DNA of 64,000 nucleotides from NCBI RefSeq assembly GCF_056746865.1, contig NZ_CM163382.1; one strand, 5' to 3'. Shown piece by piece: positions 48,121 to 59,407 of this stretch (position 1 is its first letter; each line of letters starts with the position of its first letter). The notes under the pieces were generated by a model. It saw only the letters and a program-made list of their open reading frames with translations, ran no database searches and was not told where the DNA came from. The position numbers and the translations under genes were made by a program.

Positions 48121-49824
48121 GAAAGGAGATCACTCAATAACCCCCCTGTGTCAGCATAGTTGTCGCCTCAATTTTTTAAGGAGATAACAATGCCAGGACA
48201 ACCAATACCAAATGAGCTCAAAGAAAAAGGACTGATATGGCTTTTGCCACCATACTGTTGGTCACACCGTCAGATAGCCCGGAAGCTGAAGATCAGTGCC
48301 TCAGTTGTATCAAAATGGAGATGTGAGTTAGTGGAGCAAGGACTTTTACCTGAAAATGAAAAGATTACCTCCGTTGATGTTGAAGACTGGACACCGGAGC
48401 GTCGATTCTCAGTTGTTCTTGAGACGGCTACGCTGTCTGTCACGAACGGTGCAATAGTGGATCACTTTTCATCCGTCGTTGACACTGTCAGAAATGGAGC
48501 TTGCCGATTATTGCCGACGCATGGGATTGTTTGTTGAACAGGTTAAAGAATGGCGGGCTATCTCAATTCAGGCGCATGAAAAAAATTGACGGAAAATATT
48601 CGAACAGACAGGGCATTGCGTGACGCAAAAAATAAGTTACGAGAACTGGAGAAAGAGCTTAAGCGCAAAGATAAAGCTCTGGCGGAAGCTGCGGCCCTGC
48701 TTATATTAAGGGAAAAGTTCAATGCCCTCTGGGACAACAGCGAGGAAGACTGCCCCCTCTCCTGGAGCGGCATAAAATTATTTCTCTTGTCCGTGAGGCC
48801 GTCGCCAACGGCGCCCGGAAAGGTCAGGCTTGTAGGTGTATCGGTATTTCTATTCGGACACTTCAGCGCTGGACTAATGGCAACATCATCACCACGGACC
48901 GAAGATCCGATACTGTAAACAGCTCTCCCCGAAATAAGCTGTCAGAAGCGGAAAGATTGCGAATACTGGAGTTGTGCAACTCTCCAGAGTTTGCATCCTT
49001 GCCTCCAAATGTGATCGTACCAACTCTGGCAGACAGAGGTATTTATATTGCTTCTGAATCAAGTTTTTATCGTGTACTGAAATCAGCCAAGCAGTTGAAG
49101 AAACGATCCCGTGAATGCCAGTATAAACTGGCCTGATGTACTCAGGGCCGTTGCACCGAATCAAGTCTGGAGTTGGGACATCAGCTATTTGCCGTCCTGG
49201 GTCAGAGGCCAGCATTTTTACCTCTATATGATCGTCGATATTTACAGTCGCAAAATTATTGCTGCTGAGGTATTTGCCAGCGAATCTGGAAAACATGCAG
49301 CAGAACTACTCCAGCGTGCAGTATGGAATGAAAAATGTTCATCCAACAATCTGGTACTCCATTCTGATAACGGTGGTCCCATGCGCAGTGACACGTTGTT
49401 GGCGAAAATGTATGCGCTTGGTGTGCTAAGTTCTTATTCCCGGCCAAGAGTCAGCAATGATAATCCTTACTCAGAATCTTTGTTCCGGACTCTCAAATAT
49501 TGTCCCTGGTGGCCTGAGAACGGTTTTCGCACTATTGATGATGCCAGAGTATGGGTAAACCAGTTTTGTAAACTGGTACAACTTTGAACATAAGCACAGC
49601 GGGATCAAATACGTCACGCCAGCCGAGCGTCATCAAGGTAATGACATGAAAATACTGGCAGCCTGAAAAGCGGTATACCAGCTAGCTCGCGAGCAACATC
49701 CTGAACGTTGGGGCAAGTATCTACGTAACTGGAACTACATATCAGAAGTCTACCTGAATCCAGAAAAAGAGGCTGCATAACGTAATTTTATTACAAAAGG
49801 CGACAACTACCTTGAAAAACACCG
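48120..49824 (+). mobile_element. IS3-family element, copy C (degenerate; right terminus truncated)
   Basis: Left terminus TGAAAGGAGATCACTCAATAACCCCCC; orfA split by a 47-bp insertion; orfB broken into ORFs such as 49111-49587; last 20 bp or so of the right end missing. Confidence 0.7.
48438..48484 (+). mobile_element. 47-bp IS100 termini-only miniature element with 5-bp target duplication CTGTC
   Basis: TGTCACGAACGGTGCAATA plus GTGGATCACTTTTCATCCGTCGTTGACA equals the two IS100 ends of this window (7919 and 5967) abutted; CTGTC at 48433-48437 and 48485-48489; copies A and B have CTGTC once at this site. Confidence 0.75.
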
Positions 49825-49914
49825 CCAAATCATGATCGATTCGAATGCCAAACTGCGATCGATTCAGATGCCATTTTGCATGCTGCCAGAGCAATATTCC
49901 CCCTGATGGTTGTA

Positions 49915-50589
49915 TCAGAGATGGTATGCCGGTACTTTGCGGGTTGTTCCTGTCAGGTTATCGTGCACCTCCACATTCGTTGTCACTACCGGCATTCCGT
50001 TCTGTCTTAGTCTCAGGACATCAGCCGCAATACGCTGACTGCCAGACCAGAACAGGCCGTCCAGCGCAGTCACCAGCAATCCCGCCTCCAGCGCATACTT
50101 CAGCCGTTCACGGGGCACTTTCACTTCCCGGGCAATCTGCTGATAGGGTGATGATGTATTTTCATTCCCAACCATCCGGCGAATACGGTGAGACAGATGA
50201 TACCGGAATGCATCCGGCACACCGGAAAGACTGGCCTTCAGGCTGTACACGCAGCCAAATCGCTTATCGTTGAACACCACATTTTTCTGGCTGATATCCC
50301 ATTCTTCTCGAAGCGCAGCAATCAGCTGTGGCGTGCGGGTTAAAAGCAGACGAAAAGGCAGTTCAAAACTGGTGACGTAATCCACATTCAGCAGGGCAAT
50401 ACGCAGCCGTTCTTCTGGTCCGGCCTCTGTCTGCCGACACTCCTCCAGAACATCCTGCCACTGCTGGCAAAGGCGTGGAGATTCATTCAGTTCTGTAAAA
50501 CAATATTTATCCGCAAGATAGTCAATTTGTGCAGGCATACTGAAGAGAATTCCGTATAAAGATTCAGCAGACAAAACTTTATCAGTCAA
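49915..50589 (-). CDS. Hypothetical protein (224 aa)
   Basis: Intact ORF with moderate GC; no family recognised; its upstream region is cut by IS629 copy 3. Confidence 0.4.
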   Translation of the reverse strand: MTDKVLSAESLYGILFSMPAQIDYLADKYCFTELNESPRLCQQWQDVLEECRQTEAGPEERLRIALLNVDYVTSFELPFRLLLTRTPQLIAALREEWDISQKNVVFNDKRFGCVYSLKASLSGVPDAFRYHLSHRIRRMVGNENTSSPYQQIAREVKVPRERLKYALEAGLLVTALDGLFWSGSQRIAADVLRLRQNGMPVVTTNVEVHDNLTGTTRKVPAYHL

Positions 50590-50678
50590 TAAGAATCAAC
50601 GGAAGCACAGAAGGTTCATACGTCCATCACCAACTGATTGTTGTCATAACGGGTAACATAAAGGACTGAACGACTGTT

Positions 50679-51987
50679 TGAACCGCCCCGGGTTTCCTGG
50701 AGAGTGTTTTATCTGTGAACTCAGGCTGCCAGATCATCGTTTCCGATGGAAGCATAATAAGCTTTTTCTGCTTCTGCCGGAGGAGTATGGCCCAGCCTTC
50801 CCAGCAATCGTCGATTGTTATACCAGTCCACCCACGTTAGTGTGGCCAGTTCCACTTCTGCACGGTTTTTCCAGCTCTTACGGTGTATTACCTCCGCTTT
50901 GTAAAGACCATTGATGCTCTCAGCCATCGCGTTGTCATACGAGTCGCCTGTACTCCCTGTTGATGCCAGTAATCCGGCTTCTTTTAGTCGCTCCGTATAG
51001 GCCAGTGACACATACTGAGAGCCTTTATCGCTGTGATGGATGGTGCCAGACGGACGACGGGCCCACAACGCCTGCTCCAGCGCATCCAGAACGAATGTCG
51101 TTTCCATAGACGATGAGACCCGCCACCCCACGATGTATCCGGCAAACACATCAATGATAAACGCCACATAGACGAAGCCCTGCCATGTGCTGACGTAAGT
51201 AAAATCAGCCACCCACAGCTGGTCAGGTCGTTCTGCCACGAACTGACGGTTTACGCGGTCGCCTGCGGCAACGGCTTTCCGGCTGATGGTCGTACGGACC
51301 TTTTTACCCCGGAGAACACCGGCAAGTCCCATAACCGCCATGAGACGTGCCACTGTACATCTGGCCACCCTGATTCCTTCCCGTAACAACTGACGCCAGA
51401 CTTTACGCACACCGTACACCTGATGATTTTCATCGTATACGCGCTGTATCTCTCTCTTCAGCCAGTCGTCGTGCTGCGCACGGGCACTGCGTTTATCCGG
51501 ATGATGTCGCTGTTGCTGACAATGGTAATACGTTGACGGGGCAATATGCAGTTCGCTGCATACCGGTCCGACCCCGTACTGCTCACGCAGCTTATCCAGC
51601 AGTGGCATCATTTTTCCAGAGGCGGTCGAACTCCGCCTTCGCAAAATAAGCGGAAGCCTGGCGAAGGATATCGTTACTGCGGCGCAGTTCACGATTTTCA
51701 CGTTCCAGCTCTTTCAGACGCTGACGTTCAGCGCTGGTGAGCCCACCATCACCGCCCCCGGTATCCCGCTCATGCTGGCGAACCCAGACACGCAGAGTCT
51801 CCGGCGTACAGCCAATCTTTGGAGCAATGGAACAAATTGCCGCCCACTGTGAGTCATATTCATCCTGACTTTCCAGAACCATACGAATCGCCCGCTGACG
51901 GACTTCGGGGGAAAAACGAGTATTTTTAGTCATCCTGTTTACCTCTTTCTCAGGGAGTTTAGTCTCCAGGATTTCCGGGGCGGTTCA
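50679..51987 (-). mobile_element. IS629, copy 3 (variant; no target duplication)
   Basis: Same ends as copies 1 and 2; one T fewer in the T-run at the orfA/orfB overlap and one amino-acid change; flanks GTT and AAT differ. Confidence 0.85.
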
Positions 51988-52386
51988 AATACTGGGCGAA
52001 GGGAGATGTTATTGCGAAGCGCGCGCCAATTGGTCAGTGGGAACCTTATTCGGAAGAGTCACTACTTGGCATCATCGTCACCAGCGTCTGTCGTATTAAA
52101 GTCGCGATGCTAAAACCTGAACCTCCCAGAGATCCCCATATCCCGCTGATGGGGGATTTTAACTAAAACTTAGCGCTATCGCTGCGTATCGTAACTATCC
52201 CGTATTACGTAGCGTAAATTATGACGCCATACGGGGAACAAATACACAGAGGAAGAAAAAGATTAGATTGGTTTTAAGGGATGTTTTTATCATAAATGGC
52301 ACTGCTAAAATTATGAGATTATCGAAGATAAAATTCTTGATCATACATAAAAGGCCTCCTGAATTAAATCAAGAGGCGTATAGTTT

Positions 52387-53505
52387 TTACATTACTGATG
52401 TATGTTTAATGATCTCACTGATTTTCACTTTCCTGTCCTGCGATCTTGAAAGAGTGGCAGCATCAGCAGTAGCAATCGCCGACATGGCCGCCTCACCATT
52501 GAGAAGGTCAATATAATCTTCTTCAGGTTTTGCACCACAGAGGATATTATGGAGGAATAACGTCTCCTTTCTTATTAAACTGGCAAGCCATAATGGTGTT
52601 TTTTTTCCTGGATGACCATATGCTATAGCGCCATCCATTTCTGAGGTCATATTGCCTTTCCGACGATCATCATCTTCTTCTTGTGTTTCATGGACCAAAA
52701 AATGCTTTGTCTGACCGCCAATCCTAAGTGACCCTGCTGTTTCTTGCATATCAATTTTAATAGAGCCTTTAGTTCCATTGATGATGACATAATGTTCCGG
52801 CCAGTTAAATGCACTCCCCCACTCTAAGGTTGCTAGTTTTCCTGACGGGAATTCCAAGGTCATAAATAACATATCATCTTCATTGCCAAATCCTGGACCA
52901 GAATGGGCCAAATTTCCACCAATCATAGTAACCGTCTCTGGTATTTCTCCAAGTAAATGCTGAACACAATCTAACTCATGTATATGATGATATAGATGTC
53001 CACCAGATTTTTCTTTCATCTTTTTCCAGGAAAGTCTCTCTTGTTTGTTTTCCCAGCCATTTCTCTTAGTATGACATGATAATATTTCGCCGATAACACC
53101 TTCTTTAATTAACTTCCGTGCATATTGAACCCCATTGAAAAAATTCATAATATGCCCGGCCATAAAGGTCACACCAGCTTCTTTACACGCTTTGACCATA
53201 TCCACACAATCTTCATAACTTAATGCAATTGGTTTTTCACAAAAAACATGCTTCTTATTCTTTGCTGCTTTAATTACTGGTTCTTTATGCAGATAATTTG
53301 GGGTGGCTACGATCACGCAATCGACTAATTTACTTGAGACTAAAGCATCCAAGCTTGACATATTGATACACTGCAATTCACGGGCAATATTTTCTCCATT
53401 TTCAGGATCGTATACACATGTAATTTTTGCATTATCATGCATATTCATAAAACGAGCTAATTCAGCGCCAAAGTATCCAACACCAACAACGCCATAATTA
53501 ATCAT
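52387..53505 (-). CDS. yjhC: Gfo/Idh/MocA-family NAD-dependent oxidoreductase (YjhC/NanY-like)
   Basis: 372 aa; N-terminal Rossmann motif GVVGVGYFG; length and start match E. coli YjhC from memory. Confidence 0.6.
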   Translation of the reverse strand: MINYGVVGVGYFGAELARFMNMHDNAKITCVYDPENGENIARELQCINMSSLDALVSSKLVDCVIVATPNYLHKEPVIKAAKNKKHVFCEKPIALSYEDCVDMVKACKEAGVTFMAGHIMNFFNGVQYARKLIKEGVIGEILSCHTKRNGWENKQERLSWKKMKEKSGGHLYHHIHELDCVQHLLGEIPETVTMIGGNLAHSGPGFGNEDDMLFMTLEFPSGKLATLEWGSAFNWPEHYVIINGTKGSIKIDMQETAGSLRIGGQTKHFLVHETQEEDDDRRKGNMTSEMDGAIAYGHPGKKTPLWLASLIRKETLFLHNILCGAKPEEDYIDLLNGEAAMSAIATADAATLSRSQDRKVKISEIIKHTSVM

Positions 53506-53516
53506 AAAGCCTCCAA

Positions 53517-54734
53517 TTATTTAGCCACGGATAGTTTATAAATTTTACCTGGAATATCAAAACCAACTAACAAAATTAATAAGGCAGAGAATGCAACCGT
53601 AACAATGAATAATGAAACACCTAAGCCATAATATCCTGAAATGTATGTAGCTAATACAGGTGCGGCCATTCCTCCAGTTGCCCCTAAGTTATAAATAAGA
53701 CCGGTCCCTAATCCTCTTAATTTTGTTGGAAAGTAATCATATATAAATTTTGGAACCAACCCTGCAATACCTAAATTTGTAAACATTAATCCAAAGAGAC
53801 ATAATCCTATAAGAGAAGAGTTTTTCACAGAAATAAAAAAAAGAGGACAAAGGAAAACAAATGAAGTTATTAGACCGACTACAAAGGCTTTTTTTACACC
53901 AATCTTATCACCAACAAAACCAAAAAATATTGTACCTGTCAGTGTTCCTAAACCTGCTATTGTCATCAGAGTTGAAATAACCACTGTATTAACTCCATTA
54001 TCTGCCAGGTAGGAAGGAAGTAGTCCGTTTATCGGCCAGTTTGCACCAAATAGACAAAAACAGACGAGGAAAACGATCATAGAGATTGAAAGATGTGGTT
54101 TTCTGAAGACAGACAAAAAAGTTGATTTATCCTTATATTTATCTTCAATCCACTCCTGACTTTCTGGAGCACTTTTTCTGATCCAAAGAACTAGTAAAAC
54201 TGGTAACAGGCCTATAAAAAAAGAGTTTCTCCATCCATATACTTCAGCAAACTGAGGGATTATTTGTGCCGCAATAATATTTCCAACAGAAAAACCACTT
54301 ACCAAAAAAGCACTAGCTTTAGATTGAAGATTTTTAGGCCAACTTTCTACCGCATAAGTTGAAGCACATGCATATTCACCAGACATCCCTAAGCCAACAA
54401 TAAAACGGCAAACTGCGAGCATATATAAGTTTGTAGCAATACCGCTAAGGCCTGTTCCGACTGAGTAAATGATAATTGCCCACATCATCATTGGCTTACG
54501 ACCATATTTATCAGCCATGGCACCAAAAAAACCACCTCCAATAGGTCTGGCTATGAAGGCCACTGTCCCTATTAAAGTAGCCTGAATATCCGTAATGCCA
54601 AGATCTGCTTTTATAATATGAAGAATGTAAAATATCATCATAAAATCAAAGCCATCAAATACATATCCAAGCCATGCGGAAAAAAGAGCTTTCCGTTGTG
54701 GTGGATTAACTTGTTTATACCATGCTGTTGCCAT
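53517..54734 (-). CDS. yjhB: MFS transporter (YjhB/NanX-like)
   Basis: Start taken at MATAWYKQ... giving 405 aa; multiple TM segments and MFS motif GAMADKYGRK. Confidence 0.6.
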   Translation of the reverse strand: MATAWYKQVNPPQRKALFSAWLGYVFDGFDFMMIFYILHIIKADLGITDIQATLIGTVAFIARPIGGGFFGAMADKYGRKPMMMWAIIIYSVGTGLSGIATNLYMLAVCRFIVGLGMSGEYACASTYAVESWPKNLQSKASAFLVSGFSVGNIIAAQIIPQFAEVYGWRNSFFIGLLPVLLVLWIRKSAPESQEWIEDKYKDKSTFLSVFRKPHLSISMIVFLVCFCLFGANWPINGLLPSYLADNGVNTVVISTLMTIAGLGTLTGTIFFGFVGDKIGVKKAFVVGLITSFVFLCPLFFISVKNSSLIGLCLFGLMFTNLGIAGLVPKFIYDYFPTKLRGLGTGLIYNLGATGGMAAPVLATYISGYYGLGVSLFIVTVAFSALLILLVGFDIPGKIYKLSVAK

Positions 54735-55764
54735 ATTTGTTTCCTGTGTTATTCTAATATAGCCCTTAAAGTAAATATTAGGGAGCCTCAACAATATCCA
54801 GAAATAATTATATTGTCTTCAAATACGCCAGTACTATTGATGGTTATCAATACCTAATCAGTACAATCTTTTCCTCCATTTCTTCTTAACATATTTCACT
54901 CTATGAAAGATAAAACTGATACCCACCTACAGTTTTGGGTCACCAACAAAAAACAATGTTCGCCAGATATTCCACCACTGGCACAGTTCAACCCTGCTTC
55001 AAAAATTGACTTATTCATTGTGCTCATTTTCGTAGTCCGTTCAGGTTGAATAAAACTCCCTTAGTCAAATGAGGAAAGACTGAGAGGTTATTACTTTAGC
55101 TTACGTTATAGCTGTTTTCCTTTGCAGTATTTCCTTGCTTTTCTGTATACCTTTATACCTGTTATACCAGATCAAAAAACAAGCAATCCACATAACAAAA
55201 CGCGTTTTGTTACTGATGTCACAAATTGAGCATATTTTTGTAGCTGATAGTTTGTTACAAACACCAGAACCAAGATGCCTATTTCGTTTCAGCATCAACT
55301 GTTAAATTATCTGGTTGCCAACGAGAATACTGAGCTTTTTTGTCCCCAAGACTGACCGTCAACGCCACAATCTTTGACTGTTTGACATTGTCATGCCCGC
55401 AGGCCAGCGGATCTAAAGACATTAGACTGCTTGCATCAGCCAGTTGCGTATCTGGCTATGTCCCTTAATTGGTAAGGGTTCGAGGAACTCAACATTAACG
55501 CATTTTTCAGCGCATCACCGACAGTGTATATGAACGATTGCACTCTGACGATGGTTGATTTATTTGGTTGCGTAGGGGCTAGCTAGTCTGGTACCGGAGG
55601 CTGGATCTGAAGTACTGACCCCAGGAATAACGCCGGGCTGACTCATATTCTGACCCATTGTCAGCCCGCGTGTTTACTGCTCTAGCTCATTTCCTGTTGT
55701 CAGGCGTTCAATTCCCAACTGCAGGTTATGGCCCGGTGCACAAACACCTGACGGCAGGTATCAC

Positions 55765-56094
55765 TTACCCGAAGAAGGTAAAGCCCTCAAGAGGCAGTAA
55801 CTCAGCCAACCTCTCCTCCGGCCACTCCGGCAGACGCGTCAGGACGTCCGTCAGCCAAGCATGTGGCTCCAGACTGCGGTTCCCAGAAGGCTCATTATCT
55901 GTGCCGCGCGGTTCCCGGCCATCAGTGAACCAGCGAACAACCAGGCCTTTCGTCCCATAACGACCAGACGGATAGCACGCTCGCAGATATTGTTGTGTGT
56001 GCCTTGAAATGCACGATCTTTCCGTCGGTGAAAGTCCGCCCCGGCTAACTCTCGCTCCGACTGGAAGGACAAGAAGCGGTCCAGGAGGTAACAA
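55765..56094 (-). pseudogene. IS66-family transposase (TnpC) C-terminal fragment, frameshifted
   Basis: ORFs 55851-56072 and 55765-56094 contain ...NICERAIRLVVMGRKAWLFAGS... and ...LPEWPEERLAELLP..., paralleling the TnpC C-terminus at 19630-21243. Confidence 0.5.
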
Positions 56095-56563
56095 AAGGGC
56101 TGAATCTCTCCCTGAAACGACTTCTTCAGGAAGTCAACGGGTTATGCGGGCCGTAATGTGAGTGAACACTGAGCAGCCATCGAAATGCCGTCGAGGGTGC
56201 TGACACGCCACAATAACGGGGAAGGCCGACGATGACCGGGAAGAGAGTGAGAAAGGCATCGGTCATACCCACCGGGGTTGTGGTGTCAGCATGCATAACA
56301 ATTGATCGATCGTGCAACAAGAGAAGTCCATAACGATGTCTGTCCGGGTGACGGGCAACAACGCCTCGCGAGGGGGTGAATCGGTTGTTATGGATGGCAG
56401 ATGGGGTGTAGTAGTGAAAATACTGAGTAATGTCAGAGGAGCGAAGGCCCCCTCTTGCAGTACCAGTGTAACATGCAGGAAGAGCCCGGGGATTGCCATC
56501 AGCCTCACAACCCCGCTCGAACCGGTTCAGAACCTACAGAAAACACTACAGGAGAAAGCAAAG

Positions 56564-56584
56564 TGAACCGCCCCGTGTTTCCTG
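56564..56584 (+). repeat. Solo IS629-type terminal inverted repeat-like 21-mer
   Basis: TGAACCGCCCCGTGTTTCCTG differs at one position from the IS629 terminus TGAACCGCCCCGGGTTTCCTG; lies at the 5' breakpoint of the truncated transferase paralog. Confidence 0.4.
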
Positions 56585-57678
56585 TTTATCATTTTCTGGT
56601 CAGTGCCGCGATTCTGGTATTCGTGGTGATTTTCTGGCGGACACACCATCGCGACCACCGTAACTGGCTGGCTCTACGGCTATTCGTATTATGCTCTGTA
56701 AACCGTTGGCCATTGCGGATGGTTAAAGGAACAGTTGTGGGGACAACTGACACATTACGTGAAATGCAGCGTTATGAACAACTGAGTCAGCACGGGGCTG
56801 ACAACTGGAAAATCCAGCCGGGAGCACCGTTATATGATACGATTGTTATTGTCACTGGTGAGAATGTGCGCAGGGATTATATGTCAGTGTATGGCTATCT
56901 CGTACCAACCACACCGTGGCTGAATACGGCACCCGGTTTATTTATTGACGATTATACCTTGACAGCCTCCAGTACAGTGTCTTCCCTGAGCCGGACACTG
57001 ATTTATGACTATGAGCAGAACCCTGATTCCGGCAACAATGTGGTGGCGCTGGCAGCAAAAGCAGGATACAGCACATGGTGGATATCCAATCAAGGAAAAC
57101 TGGGGGAGCATGACACACGCATCTCTGTTATTGCTTCTGATGCGGAGCATGCCACTTTCCTCAAGAAAGGCAGCTTCGCTTCCCGTAAAACAGATGACAA
57201 ACTGTTGTTACAGGAAACAGAACGTGCGCTGGCGGATACATCCTCTCCGAAGATAATTTTCCTGCACATGATGGGTTCTCATCCAAATCCGTGTGACAGC
57301 CTTAACTCCTGGCCGAATAATTACCTGGAGCAGTATCCCCGAAAAATTGCCTGTTACCTCGCCAGCATCAGTAAACTGGATAACTTTCTTGGCCAGCTTG
57401 ATGGTATCCTTCGCCGGTACTCACATCATTTCGCCATGCTTTACTTTTCTGGCCTTGGGCTGTCGGTCAGCGACAGTGCCAATCCTGTTCATCATTATGG
57501 TCATGTGCAGGGAGGCTACAGTGTGCCACTGATTATTACCGCCAGTGACATAACGTCTCATCAGCCCGTCAGTAGAAAAATCAGTGCCCGTCATTTCGCA
57601 GGTATTTTTCAGTGGATGAACGGTATTTGTACTGAAAATATACCGCCATTCAATCCGCTGACAGACGAAGATAATTAA
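56565..57678 (+). pseudogene. Phosphoethanolamine transferase (sulfatase-family) paralog, 5'-truncated with premature stop
   Basis: Homology to the full copy at 59408-60910 starts near ...PVYHFLVSAAILVF; TAA at 57676-57678 where the full copy has GAA. Confidence 0.6.
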
Positions 57679-58078
57679 CCTGTTATGGTTTTTAAGGGAG
57701 AGAGGAATATACCGGCAGACAGTTTGAAACCTCAGCCACTTATTCTTCCTGATCACAGGTAATCATATATGGCAGACTGTAATACAGTCGCTTGTACTGA
57801 AAAGTATTCTGTATAAAATATCCGTATTCATATCAGCACAAGGGACCATCAAATCCCTGCAGCACTCCTTACGTCAGTTATCCCGCATCACCCTGTGAGT
57901 ACAGGATTTTTTATGAGGTTACTTTTTTATTGAATGTATATAAATAATGAATAACCGCGGATTCTGATAATCCCCCCTGCAGGGAGCGGTAAATAGTAAA
58001 TACATCAGTTAATACCGTTTGTCTTTTTTAACAAAGAAAATAATCCTAGAATAATTCCCGGGCATTTGCCCGGGATGA

Positions 58079-58309
58079 TTACTGTTTTAATGGATTATTA
58101 ATCTTTGCATATTCAAATGGACTGATAAACCTTTCTCTGTTTACATCCAGAAAATCGGCCCACCACTGTAGCATAAGTCGACGTTCTTCCAGATGTTCGG
58201 CTTTATGGATATACGCAGCACGTACACCATTACGCTCCTGATGGCTCATCTGACGTTCAGCCGCTTTATCTCGTGCTGTTCTGGTCTCAATACTTCCATG
58301 CCGTTGCAA
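58079..58309 (-). pseudogene. Tyrosine recombinase (P4-type integrase) C-terminal fragment
   Basis: ...AAYIHKAEHLEERRLMLQWWADFLD... is the typical integrase C-terminus; upstream region is occupied by another gene. Confidence 0.5.
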
Positions 58310-58477
58310 TTACCTCTTAAACCATTCCTTACCATTTTCATGTCTTCGATAAGAAATCTTCATCATGCATGATCGATTTTGTCGATCGATTCGATCGAAT
58401 TTTCTCTTTTTACCCTGTCTTTTGCATGGTTTTAAAATAAGCAACCTTCTTTATCGTGTGGGTAAGAACCAACGGAG

Positions 58478-59233
58478 ATGATTGAAATGAAAAAGGTTAT
58501 TGCTGTTTCAGCGCTTGCTATGGCGGGCGTATTTTCAGCCCAGGCTCTGGCTGATGAGAACAAAACTGGCTTTTATGTGACTGGTAAAGCCGGTGCTTCA
58601 GTTGTGGCTCAGACTGACCAGCGCTTCCGTCAGGACTTGGGGGAGGATGTTTATAAGTATAAGGGCGGCGATAAGAACGATACTGTATTTGGTGCAGGCC
58701 TTGCGGTGGGCTATGATTTTTATCAACATTACAATGTTCCTGTGCGCACGGAAGTGGAATTCTATGGCCGCGGAGCTGCGGACTCCCATTATACACTGGA
58801 TACATGGCATTCTCCGATGGGGAATGGTGGTCGGGAAGACACACAGAACAGGCTCAGTGTGAATACCCTGATGGTGAACACGTATTATGATTTCAGAAAC
58901 AGCAGTGCATTCACTCCATGGGTATCTGTTGGCCTAGGTTATGCACGAGTACATCATAAGGCGACATATACTGATACCTCCTGGAATGAATCTGGCGAGA
59001 TAAGTGATATTTCTGAGTTACATTACTCGGGATATGATAACAATTTCGCATGGAGCATTGGGGCCGGTGTTCGCTATGACGTAACCCCGGATATCGCTCT
59101 TGACCTCAGCTATCGCTATCTGGATGCTGGTAAATCCTCCCTGTCTTACAAGGATGCAGAAGAGGATAAATATAAATCAGAAGTTGACGTTAAAAGTCAC
59201 GACATCATGTTTGGTGTGACTTATAACTTCTGA
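58478..59233 (+). CDS. Tia/Hek/Hra-family outer-membrane beta-barrel adhesin/invasin-like protein
   Basis: Signal peptide MKKVIAVSALAMAGVFSAQALA, then DENKTGFYVTGKAG..., alternating beta-strand pattern, C-terminal ...VTYNF. Confidence 0.6.
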   Translation: MIEMKKVIAVSALAMAGVFSAQALADENKTGFYVTGKAGASVVAQTDQRFRQDLGEDVYKYKGGDKNDTVFGAGLAVGYDFYQHYNVPVRTEVEFYGRGAADSHYTLDTWHSPMGNGGREDTQNRLSVNTLMVNTYYDFRNSSAFTPWVSVGLGYARVHHKATYTDTSWNESGEISDISELHYSGYDNNFAWSIGAGVRYDVTPDIALDLSYRYLDAGKSSLSYKDAEEDKYKSEVDVKSHDIMFGVTYNF

Positions 59234-59407
59234 CGACACTGCTCCTGAGCGATAATTACACATATTCAGTAATTAAGATATTTATATATCTTCTGCAACT
59301 AAACAGAAATACCCTGCAGTAATATATCGCAGGGTCATTTGTTTCACAGGAGATTTCTGGTTTTTATTATGTTATTCTCTTTATAATAATATTACCGATA
59401 TATTCCG

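Noticed and set aside
56120-56560. Possible second group II intron fragment (structured-looking GC-rich segment upstream of the truncated transferase)
   Set aside because: No domain V-like element or RT ORF could be found; not supportable.
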